Below, one piece after another: positions 19,983-29,893 of a DNA stretch of 64,000 nt. The DNA comes from Planctomycetota bacterium. GTDB lineage: Bacteria > Planctomycetota > UBA1135 > UBA2386. Position numbers and translations under genes: made by a program. The notes beneath the pieces were generated by a model. The model made no database searches. It saw nothing but the letters and a program-made list of their open reading frames with translations, and had not been told where the DNA came from. Every line of letters begins with the position of its first letter. Position 1 is the first letter of the stretch. The stretch spans positions 4,576,001 to 4,640,000 of the forward strand of contig JBKAGP010000001.1 of assembly GCA_046290465.1 (NCBI GenBank), read 5' to 3'.

Positions 19983-20748
19983 CCTTCTTCTTCTTGTTCT
20001 TCGGCGGCTCGCGGAAGCCCTTCGGCGCGCGACGCATCTCCATGCCCATCGCCTGCTGCGGCTTCTCGAGGCCGAGCGCGTACCACTGCATGTCGAACTG
20101 CGTCATGTTCATGCGCTGGTTGTTCTGCAGCCGGAGCATGTTCTCCTTGCTCGGACCGTTGTTGCCATTCTTCTTCAAGAACGCGGCGAGCACGGTCTGC
20201 GCCTGCTCGGCCTTGCCGGTCTTCTGCAGCATCCACGCGTAGGTGTTGTGCAGCAGCGCGTGCTTCTTGTTGACCTTGGCGGCGAGGTCGAGGATGCCGA
20301 GCGCGCGGTCCTGTTCGCCGGTCTGGAAGCGGATCGAGGCGAGCAGCAGCCGGGCGTCGGCGTTGCGCAGGCTGGCGCCCTCGAGCAGCTTGACGCCGCG
20401 CTCCTTGTCACCCTGGTAGTACTCGAGCATGCCCATCTGCGCGATCACCTGGCCGCGCAGCATCGGCACCCACTTGCCGAGCGGCAGCATGTCCTCGAGC
20501 GTCTGGATGGCGAGCTTGACGTGGCCCTGCTGCATCTGCCGCTGCACCTGCTCCATCGCCGGCTGGATCTGCTTGCCGATCCGCCGCGCGATCAGGATCC
20601 AGATGACGATCGCGAACACCAGCGTGAACACGATGCCCCACGCCCAGTGCCACCAGTCGAGGAACACGCCGCTGAAGCCCAGCAGCAGGGAGAGGGACAA
20701 CGACAGGAGGATCGAATACACGCGCAGGCTCGGGGGAGTTGGGGGCAA
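19975..20748 (-). CDS. Membrane-anchored TPR-like protein
   Basis: Two N-terminal TM helices followed by helical TPR-like repeats; start codon uncertain. Confidence 0.7.
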
Positions 20749-20802
20749 ACAGGATACGGATCCCGCCCGCCGCGCGCGACCCCTCCCAGGGCCTGGGGGC
20801 GA

Positions 20803-21435
20803 CTATCCTTCGATCCAGGTGCCGACGCAGCGGTGCGCCACGAAGTTGGTGAACTTCGCGGGCGACAGCAGGGTCAGTTCCCAGCCGTGCAGGTTGCCGT
20901 CGTCCCGCTGGGTGCGGTCGACGTAGTGACGCAGGTCGCTGACGGTGCTCAGGTCGGCGGCGTCATAGATCGCGTCGACGGCCCAGATGGTGGCGCCGGA
21001 GTGCACCGAGATCAGGTGGGTGCGCAGGCCGAGGTGCGGCGGGGTGTAGGCCCGATACGACGTGACCGAGCCGACGAACACGCCGTCGAGCGAGTACCGT
21101 TCGCACAGCCGCACCATCGCGTCGGTCGACAGGCGACCGTGCGACAGCGACAGGTTGAGCATGTCGTCTTCGCGGGCGGCGTCGGTCAGCGGCACGACCT
21201 CGAAGCGGCGCAGCTTCTGCAGCTCACCGACGAACGCGTCGCGGATCTGGTTGTTGTCGACCGTCACGCCGTGCTCGGCATGGAACGGCAGCACCATGAT
21301 GCGGCGAACGTTGGCGAGGTCCTCGGGTTCGGCGAGGTAGCTGTTGACGACCTTGGGGCGGTCGGGGCGCGGGATCCTGCAGCCCGTCAGCGTCAGCGCG
21401 GCGGCAACCGCGACGATCATGGTGGCGCGTCTCAC
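20803..21435 (-). CDS. Lipoprotein, probable CsgG/FlgO/TolB-N-like alpha/beta fold
   Basis: Lipobox LTGC; RRIMVLPF...LDGVFVGSV...LISVHSGATIWA pattern. Confidence 0.55.
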   Translation of the reverse strand: MRRATMIVAVAAALTLTGCRIPRPDRPKVVNSYLAEPEDLANVRRIMVLPFHAEHGVTVDNNQIRDAFVGELQKLRRFEVVPLTDAAREDDMLNLSLSHGRLSTDAMVRLCERYSLDGVFVGSVTSYRAYTPPHLGLRTHLISVHSGATIWAVDAIYDAADLSTVSDLRHYVDRTQRDDGNLHGWELTLLSPAKFTNFVAHRCVGTWIEG

Positions 21436-21439
21436 GGTG

Positions 21440-21949
21440 CTATCGCGGCGGCCGAGCCGCCGCCTCCTGGGGTTGGACCGGCTGTCCGAGGCTGTCGTTC
21501 AGCGCGGCGATCTGGTGTTGCAGCCGCTCCTGCTCGAGCTTGGCCTTCTCGATCGACAGGCTGAGGATCTTGGCGTCGCGGTCGCGGATGCGTTGTCGCA
21601 GCACGTCGGTCTCGGCCTCGGACTGCGCGCGCATGCCCTTCTCCTGCTCGAGCGACGACTGCTCGTTGTTGAGCTGCGACTGCAGGTTCTGGTTCTGCGC
21701 CAGCAGCTCCTCGTTGTCCTTCTCCAGCTGGGCGTTCTCCTCGAGCAGCGTCTTGTACTTGCTGAGCAGCAGGTTCTGCTTCGGGCCCCAGTCCATGTCG
21801 GTGTTGATGCCGGCCTGCGCGAGGCTGCCCTCGTAGCCGTCGAGCGGGTCGTTGGGCTCGGGCTCGAACATCAGGTTGGTCGCGGTCTCGCAGCTGGTCA
21901 ACAGCAGCGCGAACGCGGGAACGAGCATCAGGGAACGCAGCTTCATCAC
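21440..21949 (-). CDS. Coiled-coil lipoprotein
   Basis: Lipobox LTSC; long heptad region; RBS GGAGG. Confidence 0.7.
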   Translation of the reverse strand: MMKLRSLMLVPAFALLLTSCETATNLMFEPEPNDPLDGYEGSLAQAGINTDMDWGPKQNLLLSKYKTLLEENAQLEKDNEELLAQNQNLQSQLNNEQSSLEQEKGMRAQSEAETDVLRQRIRDRDAKILSLSIEKAKLEQERLQHQIAALNDSLGQPVQPQEAAARPPR

Positions 21950-21962
21950 TCGGCCTCCTTCA

Positions 21963-22202
21963 TCACTGGGCCTCAGCGGGTGGGGTGTCTTCGTAGACGC
22001 ACTCGACGATCGCCGACGCGCCGCAGCCGCAGCGCACCTCGAAGCCGGCGACCCGGTCGCCGTCGAGCAGCGGCACGATCGCCATCGGCGTCGCGTGCTT
22101 GCCGTCGGTCACGGTGCCGCAATCCAACATCGCCGGCTGCGCGACCACGCGGACGCTGTCCCGCCGGATGACGTTGTTCTTGGTGCCAGGGGTGCTGCTC
22201 AT
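21963..22202 (-). CDS. Small hypothetical protein with CGCG...C motif
   Basis: 79 aa, host-like codon usage, operon spacing; FEVRCGCGASAIVEC. Confidence 0.6.
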   Translation of the reverse strand: MSSTPGTKNNVIRRDSVRVVAQPAMLDCGTVTDGKHATPMAIVPLLDGDRVAGFEVRCGCGASAIVECVYEDTPPAEAQ

Positions 22203-22217
22203 GTCGGGCTCGTCGGA

Positions 22218-22457
22218 TCAGGCGACCACGTCGACGTGGTGCGCCTCTCCTTCGTCCTTTCGGCCAGCGGGGGGCCGTCGCTGAAGTGCCCTTCGCACGG
22301 ACTTTTCGCGCTCGGCCTGCTCGCCGGCGGCGCCGCCATTCCCCTGTTCCTGCATGGCACGACGGAAAGCGTCGGCCTGCTGCTGCTGGCCGCCACCCTT
22401 TCGTTCGTGGACCTGATGCGAACCGATGACTCCGGTGGGTCCGGTCACCCCGTTCAT
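22218..22457 (-). CDS. Small hydrophilic hypothetical protein directly after fliA
   Basis: Starts 4 nt after the fliA stop with AGGAG RBS; ends HHVDVVA. Confidence 0.55.
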   Translation of the reverse strand: MNGVTGPTGVIGSHQVHERKGGGQQQQADAFRRAMQEQGNGGAAGEQAEREKSVRRALQRRPPAGRKDEGEAHHVDVVA

Positions 22458-22461
22458 GGGA

Positions 22462-23193
22462 CTACTCCTGTTCTTTGAGCTTCAGGCGCAGCCGCTCGGT
22501 CGCTCGCGTCAGGATCTGGCTGACGCGCGACTCGGTCACGCCCAGGATCTTTCCGATCTCCTTCAGGTAGAGCTGTTCGTGGTAGTAGAGCACCACCACG
22601 TGTCGGTCGTTGTCGGGCAGCTCGGCGATCGCACGCGTCAGCCGCTCCAGTTGTTCTCGTTCGTCCGCGTTGGCGGTCGGGTCGACGCTGAACACGTCGG
22701 CGATCTGCGACGCCATCGTGCTGCTGCCGTCGTCGCCGCTATAGGTCTCGTCGAGGGACAGCACGCGCGTCGTGTGCAGCGCCTGCAGGTCGTCGTCGAG
22801 CTCCTGCTCGGTGCACTCCATGACCTCGGCCAGCTCGGCCAGGGTCGGTTCGCGGTCCAGTTCGGACCACAGCTTGGAGTTGGCGCGGTCCATCTTGCGC
22901 AGGCGGTCGCGGCGGTTGCGCGGCACCGGGTCGTGCTTGCGGACCTCGTCGAGGATCGCCCCGCGGATGGCCGTGTAGGCAAAGGTCTTGAACGACGCGC
23001 CGCGGGACGGGTCGAACGTCGACGCCGCGTGCATCAGCCCGATCACGCCGACCGAGTAGAAGTCGTCCTTGTCGAGCGAAGCCGGCATCGTCACCGGCAG
23101 GCGCGCGACCACGTAGCGGACCAGCGGCAGGTACTGCTCGACCATGCGGTCGCGTTCCTCGACCGGGCGCTGCACCTTGACCGCGCCCCTCAC
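22462..23193 (-). CDS. fliA: FliA/WhiG family sigma factor (copy 1)
   Basis: YLPLVRYVV, FDPSRGASFKTFAYTAIRGAILDEVR, LKEIGKILGVTESRVSQI; GTGA overlap with upstream gene. Confidence 0.9.
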   Translation of the reverse strand: MRGAVKVQRPVEERDRMVEQYLPLVRYVVARLPVTMPASLDKDDFYSVGVIGLMHAASTFDPSRGASFKTFAYTAIRGAILDEVRKHDPVPRNRRDRLRKMDRANSKLWSELDREPTLAELAEVMECTEQELDDDLQALHTTRVLSLDETYSGDDGSSTMASQIADVFSVDPTANADEREQLERLTRAIAELPDNDRHVVVLYYHEQLYLKEIGKILGVTESRVSQILTRATERLRLKLKEQE

Positions 23194-23480
23194 TTGTCGT
23201 CCTCCGCCTCGAGTTCGGCACGACGCCGCGTTTCGTCGCGTGCGATCGCTGACAGCACGACGTCGATGACCGGCGGGGCCAGCAGGTTGGCGCCGACCAG
23301 ACCGCATGCTCCGGCGATGACGCTACGCCACAGTGCGGTCAGGCCGTCGACGCCGGCCACCCACGCGCTGAAGAACGCGATCGCGAACACGATGCTCGTG
23401 ATGTATGCGGCCGCAACGCGGGTCAGTTCTTGGCTTCCGATGCCTGAGTTCATGGATCCTGCCGGAAGGTCCATCGGCAT
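23190..23480 (-). CDS. Small two-TM membrane protein coupled to fliA
   Basis: Two hydrophobic segments, acidic tail, stop overlaps the fliA start. Confidence 0.65.
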   Translation of the reverse strand: MPMDLPAGSMNSGIGSQELTRVAAAYITSIVFAIAFFSAWVAGVDGLTALWRSVIAGACGLVGANLLAPPVIDVVLSAIARDETRRRAELEAEDDK

Positions 23481-23680
23481 CGGCGGGTCCGCGAGTTGAG
23501 CTGGACTGGCCCGGAAGTGACCACGGGATCGGGGGTTCCCCTACTGGCTTTGGATGTTCATGCACGCTCGTAGCGTGCCTCCGGCAGGCCGGTCGCCGTC
23601 TTCGCTTGGGTTACGAATTCACAATCGTCCTGGCTCCAGAGCTGGGCCTTGACAGGTCTTGAGCGCCGCCTACGTTCGTC

Positions 23681-24035
23681 GAGAGAAGGAGACGCGACGT
23701 CGCGTCGCCCCACAGTTCGCTAGCCAACGGTCCTCTAGAGTGCTGCTCGCACAACTGCCGCTTGATGACAGGTGTTCTCTGTCTCCCGGATCTGGAAGCG
23801 CCACCGTGTAATGCTGATATCACGTTCAAGTGGCCCGTTACTATGGAGTTCGGCTTGCGTGGTGAAGATGGTGGGTGCCATCAACGTGCAGATCTACGCC
23901 ACTGGTTGTGATTCGACCCAAGGGCAGACATGGGCACTCAACAGTTGGCCGTGTGGGGTGCAGGGCGGTGCCGTCGGCTGCAGCATGTATGCTGGCGTTT
24001 ACTGTGACGGGTGCACCGGGGACGACGAGGAATGA
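23681..24035 (+). pseudogene. Degraded Cys-rich small protein gene in a low-GC insert
   Basis: Cys-rich peptides in two frames (ECCSHNC...LCLPDLEAPPC; TGCDS...WPCG...GCSMYAGVYCDGCTGDDEE*); stop overlaps the next ATG (ATGA). Confidence 0.35.
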
Positions 24036-24849
24036 GCCGGCGCCTCGGTCTGGTTCTCGTCTTCGCCGTCGCTGGAATGGCCATCGGGTGGCGGTTGATG
24101 TCTCCCGGTCCAGGGGATGGTGAGCGCAAGGGCGCGGAGGTGATCGCACAAGACGCGGGTTCGACGTCGCCTGGCGATTCCGCGCGCGAGCACGGCTACG
24201 ATATTGCAGAGGTGTTGGCGTTTGCCGAGGGAGCTCTGGGCCCTGCAGATGGTGTCGCTGAGCCCGTCTCGGAGGGGGCGGCTCTAGACCAGCAAGATGC
24301 GGAATGGCCAGAGCTTCCGCGGGGTTGGTCATTGGCGTTCGAGATGGCGTTGGCATGCAACCCCGCGTTCACCGCGAGGCCGCTGTTCCGGAGCTACGAG
24401 TTGAACCCCCGCGACGTCTACATCCCGCCTGAGGATCGGAAGCTGCTCACGTCTGCACTAGATGCGCTGCGGCCTCGATTGGCCGAAGGTCAGAAAGTGT
24501 GGTCGCGGGCCTACTCGGAGGCGTTCCAAGAGGCTCTGGCGTCCGGGGCTGTGAGGGAGCTCGACGTGAACCTGCGAGGAGGTCAGGCGGAGACGGCCAG
24601 CGGCAACGTTGCCGTGACGAGCATCTCAATAGAAGAATTGCAGGCCGCGGGAGCAGATATGGGCACGGTGCGGGGGGGGGCAAAGTCGTCGGTGCTTCAC
24701 GTCAGGACTTCGCCTTGAGTCGCGCTGCTGTCGAAGAACAGCGATTCCTTGGCCGGCAACTCTCATTGTGCTTGATCACCTGGTTTGAGCAGCGCGCTAC
24801 GCTCGAGAATCACGAAGCGGAAGCCCTGCGGGCGATCGTCTTCCAGTAG
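24032..24849 (+). pseudogene. Membrane-anchored hypothetical protein frameshifted at a G9 tract (24672-24680)
   Basis: MSRRLGLVLVFAVAG... stops at 24718; G7 or G10 would join it to KVVGASRQDF...RAIVFQ* ending 24849. Confidence 0.55.
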
Positions 24850-24864
24850 CAGGCCTCTTCCCCT

Positions 24865-25737
24865 TCAGCTTCCGACGCGTGCCGGCCGCAGGCGGACCTT
24901 GCGAACGCCCTGCGTGTGCGGTTCCTGCCTGCGCGTCATCGGCGGCAGCGCGGCGAGGGCGGCGGCGCAGATGCTGCGCAGGTCCTCGAGGCCGGGGCAC
25001 TGGCCGAACAACGTCAGGGGGCGTTGGTCCCGGATGCTCTGTTCGATCTGCGGGTCGTGGCTGATCCAGCCGGCGAGTTCGTTCTTCTGGCCGAGGAACT
25101 TCTCGGTGACCGCGTTGAGCTTGGCCGCGGTGCGCATGGCCTCGTCGCGGTTGCGTGTGCGGTTGACGACCAGGTGCGGCAGCGCGACGCCGCGCGCGTG
25201 CAGGACCTTGCACAGCGCGTAGGCATCGGTCAGCGAGGTGACCTCGGGCGTGGTCACACCGAGGGTGACCTCGCAGTGCTCGGCGACGCACAGGGTGCTC
25301 GGGTTGAGGCCGGCGCCGGTGTCGAACACGACCACGTCGAACTCGTTGGATGCGGTGCGGATCGCGCGCAGCAGATCGGCGACCTCGGCCGGGGACGAGG
25401 TCGTCAACCGGGTCGGGCCCGAGCGGCCGAGCAGCACCTGCAGGCGGCCGGGGCCCTGCACGATCGCTTCGCTGGCGGTGCAGCGGCGCTCGGCGACGTC
25501 GTCGAGATCATGGCTGCCGTGCAGGCGAAGGTGCACGCCGACGTTGCCGGTGCCCGGGTCGAAGTCGACCAGCAGCGTCCGGTAGCCGGCGCGCGCCAGC
25601 AGCAGTGCGAGGTTGCTGGCCAGCATCGTCTTGCCGACCCCGCCCTTGGCGCCGGCGACGCACAGCCACGGCGTCTGGCGGCGCGGCATCGTGGTCAGGC
25701 CCTCGGCCTGGTGGTGGTGGTTGCCCTGGTCGCTCAC
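24865..25737 (-). CDS. flhG: FlhG/FleN MinD-like ATPase
   Basis: Deviant Walker A KGGVGKT, FDTGAG, TTPEVTSLTDAYALCK; follows flhF with GTGA overlap. Confidence 0.9.
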   Translation of the reverse strand: MSDQGNHHHQAEGLTTMPRRQTPWLCVAGAKGGVGKTMLASNLALLLARAGYRTLLVDFDPGTGNVGVHLRLHGSHDLDDVAERRCTASEAIVQGPGRLQVLLGRSGPTRLTTSSPAEVADLLRAIRTASNEFDVVVFDTGAGLNPSTLCVAEHCEVTLGVTTPEVTSLTDAYALCKVLHARGVALPHLVVNRTRNRDEAMRTAAKLNAVTEKFLGQKNELAGWISHDPQIEQSIRDQRPLTLFGQCPGLEDLRSICAAALAALPPMTRRQEPHTQGVRKVRLRPARVGS

Positions 25738-26720
25738 GCGTTTGCCTCCGCAAGTTCGCAGTCGAACGCCGCCTGCGCGATCTGCAGGCCGTTGGCGACG
25801 ACGATGTCCGAGGGGACCTCCTGGCCGATGCACAGGTGCGACAGCGCCAGGCCCTGTTCGACGACGGTGGCGAGCGCCTCACCCGGCGCGACCGTCTCGT
25901 CCCACTTGGTCAGGCACACCGCGTCGATGCCGATCGACTCGTAGGCGTCGAGCACGACCCGGGCGTCCCGCTGGCGCGTGCCGGCGGCCATGCAGAGCAG
26001 CGAGTGGGCGCCGGCGGCGCGCAGCGTGCTCTCGAGCATCGGCAGGCTCTCGCGGCTGCGCGGGCTCTTGCCGGTGGTGTCGATGAAGATGCGGTCGGCG
26101 TAGAGGTTGTCCTCGATCGCGCGGCGCACGTCGTTGGCCGACAGCGCCACCGAGAACGGCACGTCGAGCAGTTCGGCGAACGAGCGCAGCTGCTCGACGG
26201 CGGCCATCCGGTAGGTGTCGAGCGTGATGATCGCGACCCGTTCGCCGCGGTCCTTGGCGCGCGCGGCGAGCTTGGCGAGGGTCGTGGTCTTGCCGACGCC
26301 GGTGGGACCGATCAGCGCGATCGTCTGGAAGCCGTCACCGCTCTCGACGCGGGGCTCGTGGTGCACGAGGGCGGCGAGCACGCGGCTGGCGAGGTTCGGC
26401 AGCGCCGGGTCGCCGGGTTGCGACAGTTCGACGCGCGTGCCGAGCAGGGCACGTTCGACCGCCTGCAGGATCGGCTTCGACAGGCCGAAGTCGCTGGCCT
26501 TCTCGGCGAGCGGTCGGAAGCCGCGCGTCCACTTCGACAAGAACGACGTCGAGCCGGCCTGGTCGCGGCGGGTGGGCTGCGGTTCGGGCTTGCTGGCGAC
26601 GACCAGGTAGCCGTCCCGCGTGGGCCGCGTCTCGACGACGAGCGCGTCGGCGCCGCACTCGGTGCGCACGCGCTCGATCGCCTCGGGGAGCGTCTTCGCT
26701 TCGATTCGCTTCAACAACAT
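25734..26720 (-). CDS. flhF: Flagellar SRP-like GTPase FlhF
   Basis: GPTGVGKTTTLAKLAA, DTYRMAAVEQL, IDTTG, TKWDET. Confidence 0.92.
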   Translation of the reverse strand: MLLKRIEAKTLPEAIERVRTECGADALVVETRPTRDGYLVVASKPEPQPTRRDQAGSTSFLSKWTRGFRPLAEKASDFGLSKPILQAVERALLGTRVELSQPGDPALPNLASRVLAALVHHEPRVESGDGFQTIALIGPTGVGKTTTLAKLAARAKDRGERVAIITLDTYRMAAVEQLRSFAELLDVPFSVALSANDVRRAIEDNLYADRIFIDTTGKSPRSRESLPMLESTLRAAGAHSLLCMAAGTRQRDARVVLDAYESIGIDAVCLTKWDETVAPGEALATVVEQGLALSHLCIGQEVPSDIVVANGLQIAQAAFDCELAEANA

Positions 26721-26747
26721 GGTGGGGTTCCGTCAGGGGTATGGGGT

Positions 26748-28799
26748 TCAGCTGGCGACGAGCACGCGTTCGGTCGTCTCGACCTTCTTCGCGACGGACG
26801 TCTCCTGGTAGCTCAGGACCGCGGCGTTCGGGATCACGCCCGAGACGGCTTCGGCGAGGAACGGGCGCAGGCTGGCGCGGGTGACCAGCACCGGGTCGCG
26901 GCCGTCGCGCGCCATCGACGACAGCGCTTCCGCGGTGCTGTCGACGAACTTGCCGAGGAAGCCCTGCGGCAGGTTGCCGACGCCGTCGTTGCCGGACAGC
27001 GCGTCCGACAGGTTGCGCTCGAGGTCCGGATCGAGGAACACCGCGTGCAGCGTGCCGGTCGGGTCCAGGTGCGGCTCGCAGATGGTTCGCGCCAGGCGCG
27101 TGCGCACGTGCTCGGTCAGCTGGCGCGGGTCCTTGGTCTCGACCGACGCGTCGGCGAGGCCTTCGAGGATCGTCTGCAGGTTGCGGATCGGCACGCCCTC
27201 CTTGAGCAGGCCGGCGAGGATGCGCTGCACCTGGCCGAGCGACAGCTGGTTGGGGATCAGCTCCTCGACGACCGCCGGTGCCTGCTCCTTGAGGTTGTCG
27301 ACCAGCGACTTGACGTCGTCGCGCGACAGCAGGTCGCCGGCTTCGCGCTTGAGGGTCTCGGTCAGGTGCGTGATCAGCACCGACGCTGCGTCGATCACCG
27401 TGTAGCCGAGCAGTTCGGCCCGGTCCTTGTCGCTCTCCTGGATCCAGCGCGCCGGCAGGCCGAACGCGGGCTCGACCGTCTCGATGCCGTCGATCGGCGG
27501 CGCCGAGCCGCTCGGGTCCATCGCCAGGTATTGGCCGGCGCGCAGCTCGCCGGACGCGATCTCCTGGCCGCCGAGCAGCACGCGGTAGACGTTGGGTTCG
27601 AGCTGCACGTTGTCGCGCACGCGGATCGGCGGCACCACGATGCCCAGCGTCTGCGCGAACTGGCGCCGCAGCGAACGGATGTGGTCGAGCAGGCCGCCGT
27701 GCTTGCCGGGTTCGACCAGGCCGATCAGGCGGTAGCCGATCTCGATGCCGAGGCGGTCGATCGCGAGCAGTTCTTCGACCGGGGCGTCGTTGGGATCCGG
27801 GGCCTCCTCGGCCGCCTTGGCCTCGGCCTCCTGCTGCTGCTCGGCCTCCTCGGCGGCCTTGTCGGCGTTGCCCGCGTAGAGGAACAGCGCCGACGCGATG
27901 CCGACGAACAGCAGCGTCGGCATGCCGGGCAGCAGCGACATCAGCACCAGGATGCCGGCGACGATGCGCACCGTCAGGCCGCTCTTGAACACCTGGCTGC
28001 CCATCTCTTCGCCGAGCGCCTGCTCACTGGCGCCCTTGGTCACCAGGATGCCGGCCGAGGTCGATACCAGCAGGGCCGGGATCTGCGCGACCAGGCCGTC
28101 ACCGATCGTCAGGATGGTGTACTTCTCGAACGCTTGGTCGAGCGTCAGGTTGCCGTAGACCATCGCCAGCACCAGGCCGCCCGCGATGTTGATGCCGGTG
28201 ATGATCAGGCCGGCGACGGCGTCGCCGCGCACGAACTTGCCGGCACCGTCCATCGACCCGTGAAACTCCATCTCGTGGGTCAGGGCGGCGCGGCGCTTCT
28301 TGGCCTCGTCGCTGCTGATCAGGCCGGCCGACAGGTCGGCGTCGATCGACATCTGCTTGCCGGGCAGCGAATCGAGCGCGAACCTCGCGGCGACCTCACT
28401 GATGCGGTTCTGGCCCTTGGTGATCACGATGAACTGGATCACCACCAGGACCAGGAAGATCACGATGCCGACCACCGGGTTGCCGCCGACGACGAACGAG
28501 CCGAACGTGCGGATGACGCTGCCGGCGTCGCCTTCGAGCAGGATCAGTCGCGTCGACGACACGTTGAGCGCGAGCCGGAACAGCGCGGTGAACAGCAGCA
28601 CGCTCGGGAACGTGCTGAACTCGACCGGCCGGTTGCTGTTGAGCACCGCCATCAGGATCAGCAGGCTGACCGTGATGTTGATGCACAACATCGCGTCGAG
28701 CATCAGCGGCGGCATCGGGATCAACATCACCGCCAGGATGGCGAGGAAGAAGACCGCCAGCAGGCTGTTGCGTTGCTCCTTGTTGTGCTTGTCGGACAT
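26748..28799 (-). CDS. flhA: Flagellar export protein FlhA
   Basis: EVAARFALDSLPGKQMSIDADL, GSMDGAGKFVRGDA, GDGLVAQIPALL. Confidence 0.97.
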   Translation of the reverse strand: MSDKHNKEQRNSLLAVFFLAILAVMLIPMPPLMLDAMLCINITVSLLILMAVLNSNRPVEFSTFPSVLLFTALFRLALNVSSTRLILLEGDAGSVIRTFGSFVVGGNPVVGIVIFLVLVVIQFIVITKGQNRISEVAARFALDSLPGKQMSIDADLSAGLISSDEAKKRRAALTHEMEFHGSMDGAGKFVRGDAVAGLIITGINIAGGLVLAMVYGNLTLDQAFEKYTILTIGDGLVAQIPALLVSTSAGILVTKGASEQALGEEMGSQVFKSGLTVRIVAGILVLMSLLPGMPTLLFVGIASALFLYAGNADKAAEEAEQQQEAEAKAAEEAPDPNDAPVEELLAIDRLGIEIGYRLIGLVEPGKHGGLLDHIRSLRRQFAQTLGIVVPPIRVRDNVQLEPNVYRVLLGGQEIASGELRAGQYLAMDPSGSAPPIDGIETVEPAFGLPARWIQESDKDRAELLGYTVIDAASVLITHLTETLKREAGDLLSRDDVKSLVDNLKEQAPAVVEELIPNQLSLGQVQRILAGLLKEGVPIRNLQTILEGLADASVETKDPRQLTEHVRTRLARTICEPHLDPTGTLHAVFLDPDLERNLSDALSGNDGVGNLPQGFLGKFVDSTAEALSSMARDGRDPVLVTRASLRPFLAEAVSGVIPNAAVLSYQETSVAKKVETTERVLVAS

Positions 28800-28813
28800 C
28801 GTCGTCTAGTGCA

Positions 28814-29890
28814 TCAGGCCGTCTGGCCCTTGAGTCGGTAGACGTGGCCGAGCACCGTCGCCACGGCCTGGTAGAACTTCTCGGGGACCGCCTGGCCGAC
28901 CTTCACCGCGCGGTAGATCGCGCGGGTCAGCGGCGGGTCCTCCATCAGCGGCACGTCGTTCTCGCGCGCGATCTTGCGGATCTGCATCGCGACGTCGTCG
29001 ACGCCCTTGGCGACGACCATCGGCGCGGAGTCCTTGTTACGGTCGTAGCGTAGCGCCACCGAGTAGTGGGTCGGGTTGGTCAGGATCACGTCGGCGCGCG
29101 GGACCTCGGCCATCATGCGCTGCTGCAGCAGCTCGTTGCGCGCGCCCTTCTGGCGGGCCTTCATGGTGGGGTCACCCTCGGCCCGCTTGCGCTCGTCCTC
29201 GACCTCCTGCTTGGTCATCATGTTGCGCTTGGTGAACGAGTAGCGCTGGTAGGCGAAGTCGGCGAGCGCGATCGCGGTCACCACCGCACCGACCCACAGC
29301 AAGAGCGTCAGCGTCAGGCTGCCGATCTCGGCGGCGGCCGTGCCGAACGGCTGCTCGTGCAGGCGCAGCAGCACCGGCAGGCGGTCGCCGAGCACGAAGT
29401 AGAGCACCGTGATGATGATCGACAGCTTGAACACCGCGAACACCGTGCGCATCAGCGACTGCGGGCTGAACACGCGCTTCATGTTGGTGAACGGGTTGAG
29501 CTTCTCCGGCTTGAAGCCGACCACGTCGCTGCTGATCTTGACGCCGATCTGGCTGTAGCCGATCAGCGCCGTCGCCACTACCAGCACCGTCAGCAGCGTC
29601 GCGAACGGCGGCAGGATGGTCGTGAACGCGTTCCACAGCTCGGCCATCGCGCCGTCCGGCTCGCCGATGCGTCGCTGCGACAGGTCGAGCGTCATGCCGG
29701 TGCGCATCACCGTGCTCAGCGCGCCGACCAGCCAGTCGCCGATCCACAGCAGCATGATCGCGGCCAGGAACAGCACGCCACCCTGCGTCAGCTCCTTGCT
29801 GTGCGGGGTGTCGCCCTTCTTGCGGACGTCGGCCAGCTTGCCGGGCGTCGGCTTCTCGGTCTTGCCGTTGTCGTCTCCGAACAGCGCCAT
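28814..29890 (-). CDS. flhB: Flagellar export protein FlhB
   Basis: KTEKPT, MTKQEVEDE..EGDP, autocleavage motif TNPTH. Confidence 0.97.
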   Translation of the reverse strand: MALFGDDNGKTEKPTPGKLADVRKKGDTPHSKELTQGGVLFLAAIMLLWIGDWLVGALSTVMRTGMTLDLSQRRIGEPDGAMAELWNAFTTILPPFATLLTVLVVATALIGYSQIGVKISSDVVGFKPEKLNPFTNMKRVFSPQSLMRTVFAVFKLSIIITVLYFVLGDRLPVLLRLHEQPFGTAAAEIGSLTLTLLLWVGAVVTAIALADFAYQRYSFTKRNMMTKQEVEDERKRAEGDPTMKARQKGARNELLQQRMMAEVPRADVILTNPTHYSVALRYDRNKDSAPMVVAKGVDDVAMQIRKIARENDVPLMEDPPLTRAIYRAVKVGQAVPEKFYQAVATVLGHVYRLKGQTA

Positions 29891-29893
29891 GGC

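Noticed and set aside
23565..23580. Sigma54-like AGGCACGCTACGAGCG upstream of the fliA copy 1 unit
   Set aside because: Spacing fits but -12 is GAGC and the site is also an inverted repeat; too weak to call.
23500..24860. IS element or prophage remnant
   Set aside because: No transposase or integrase, terminal repeats or target duplication seen.
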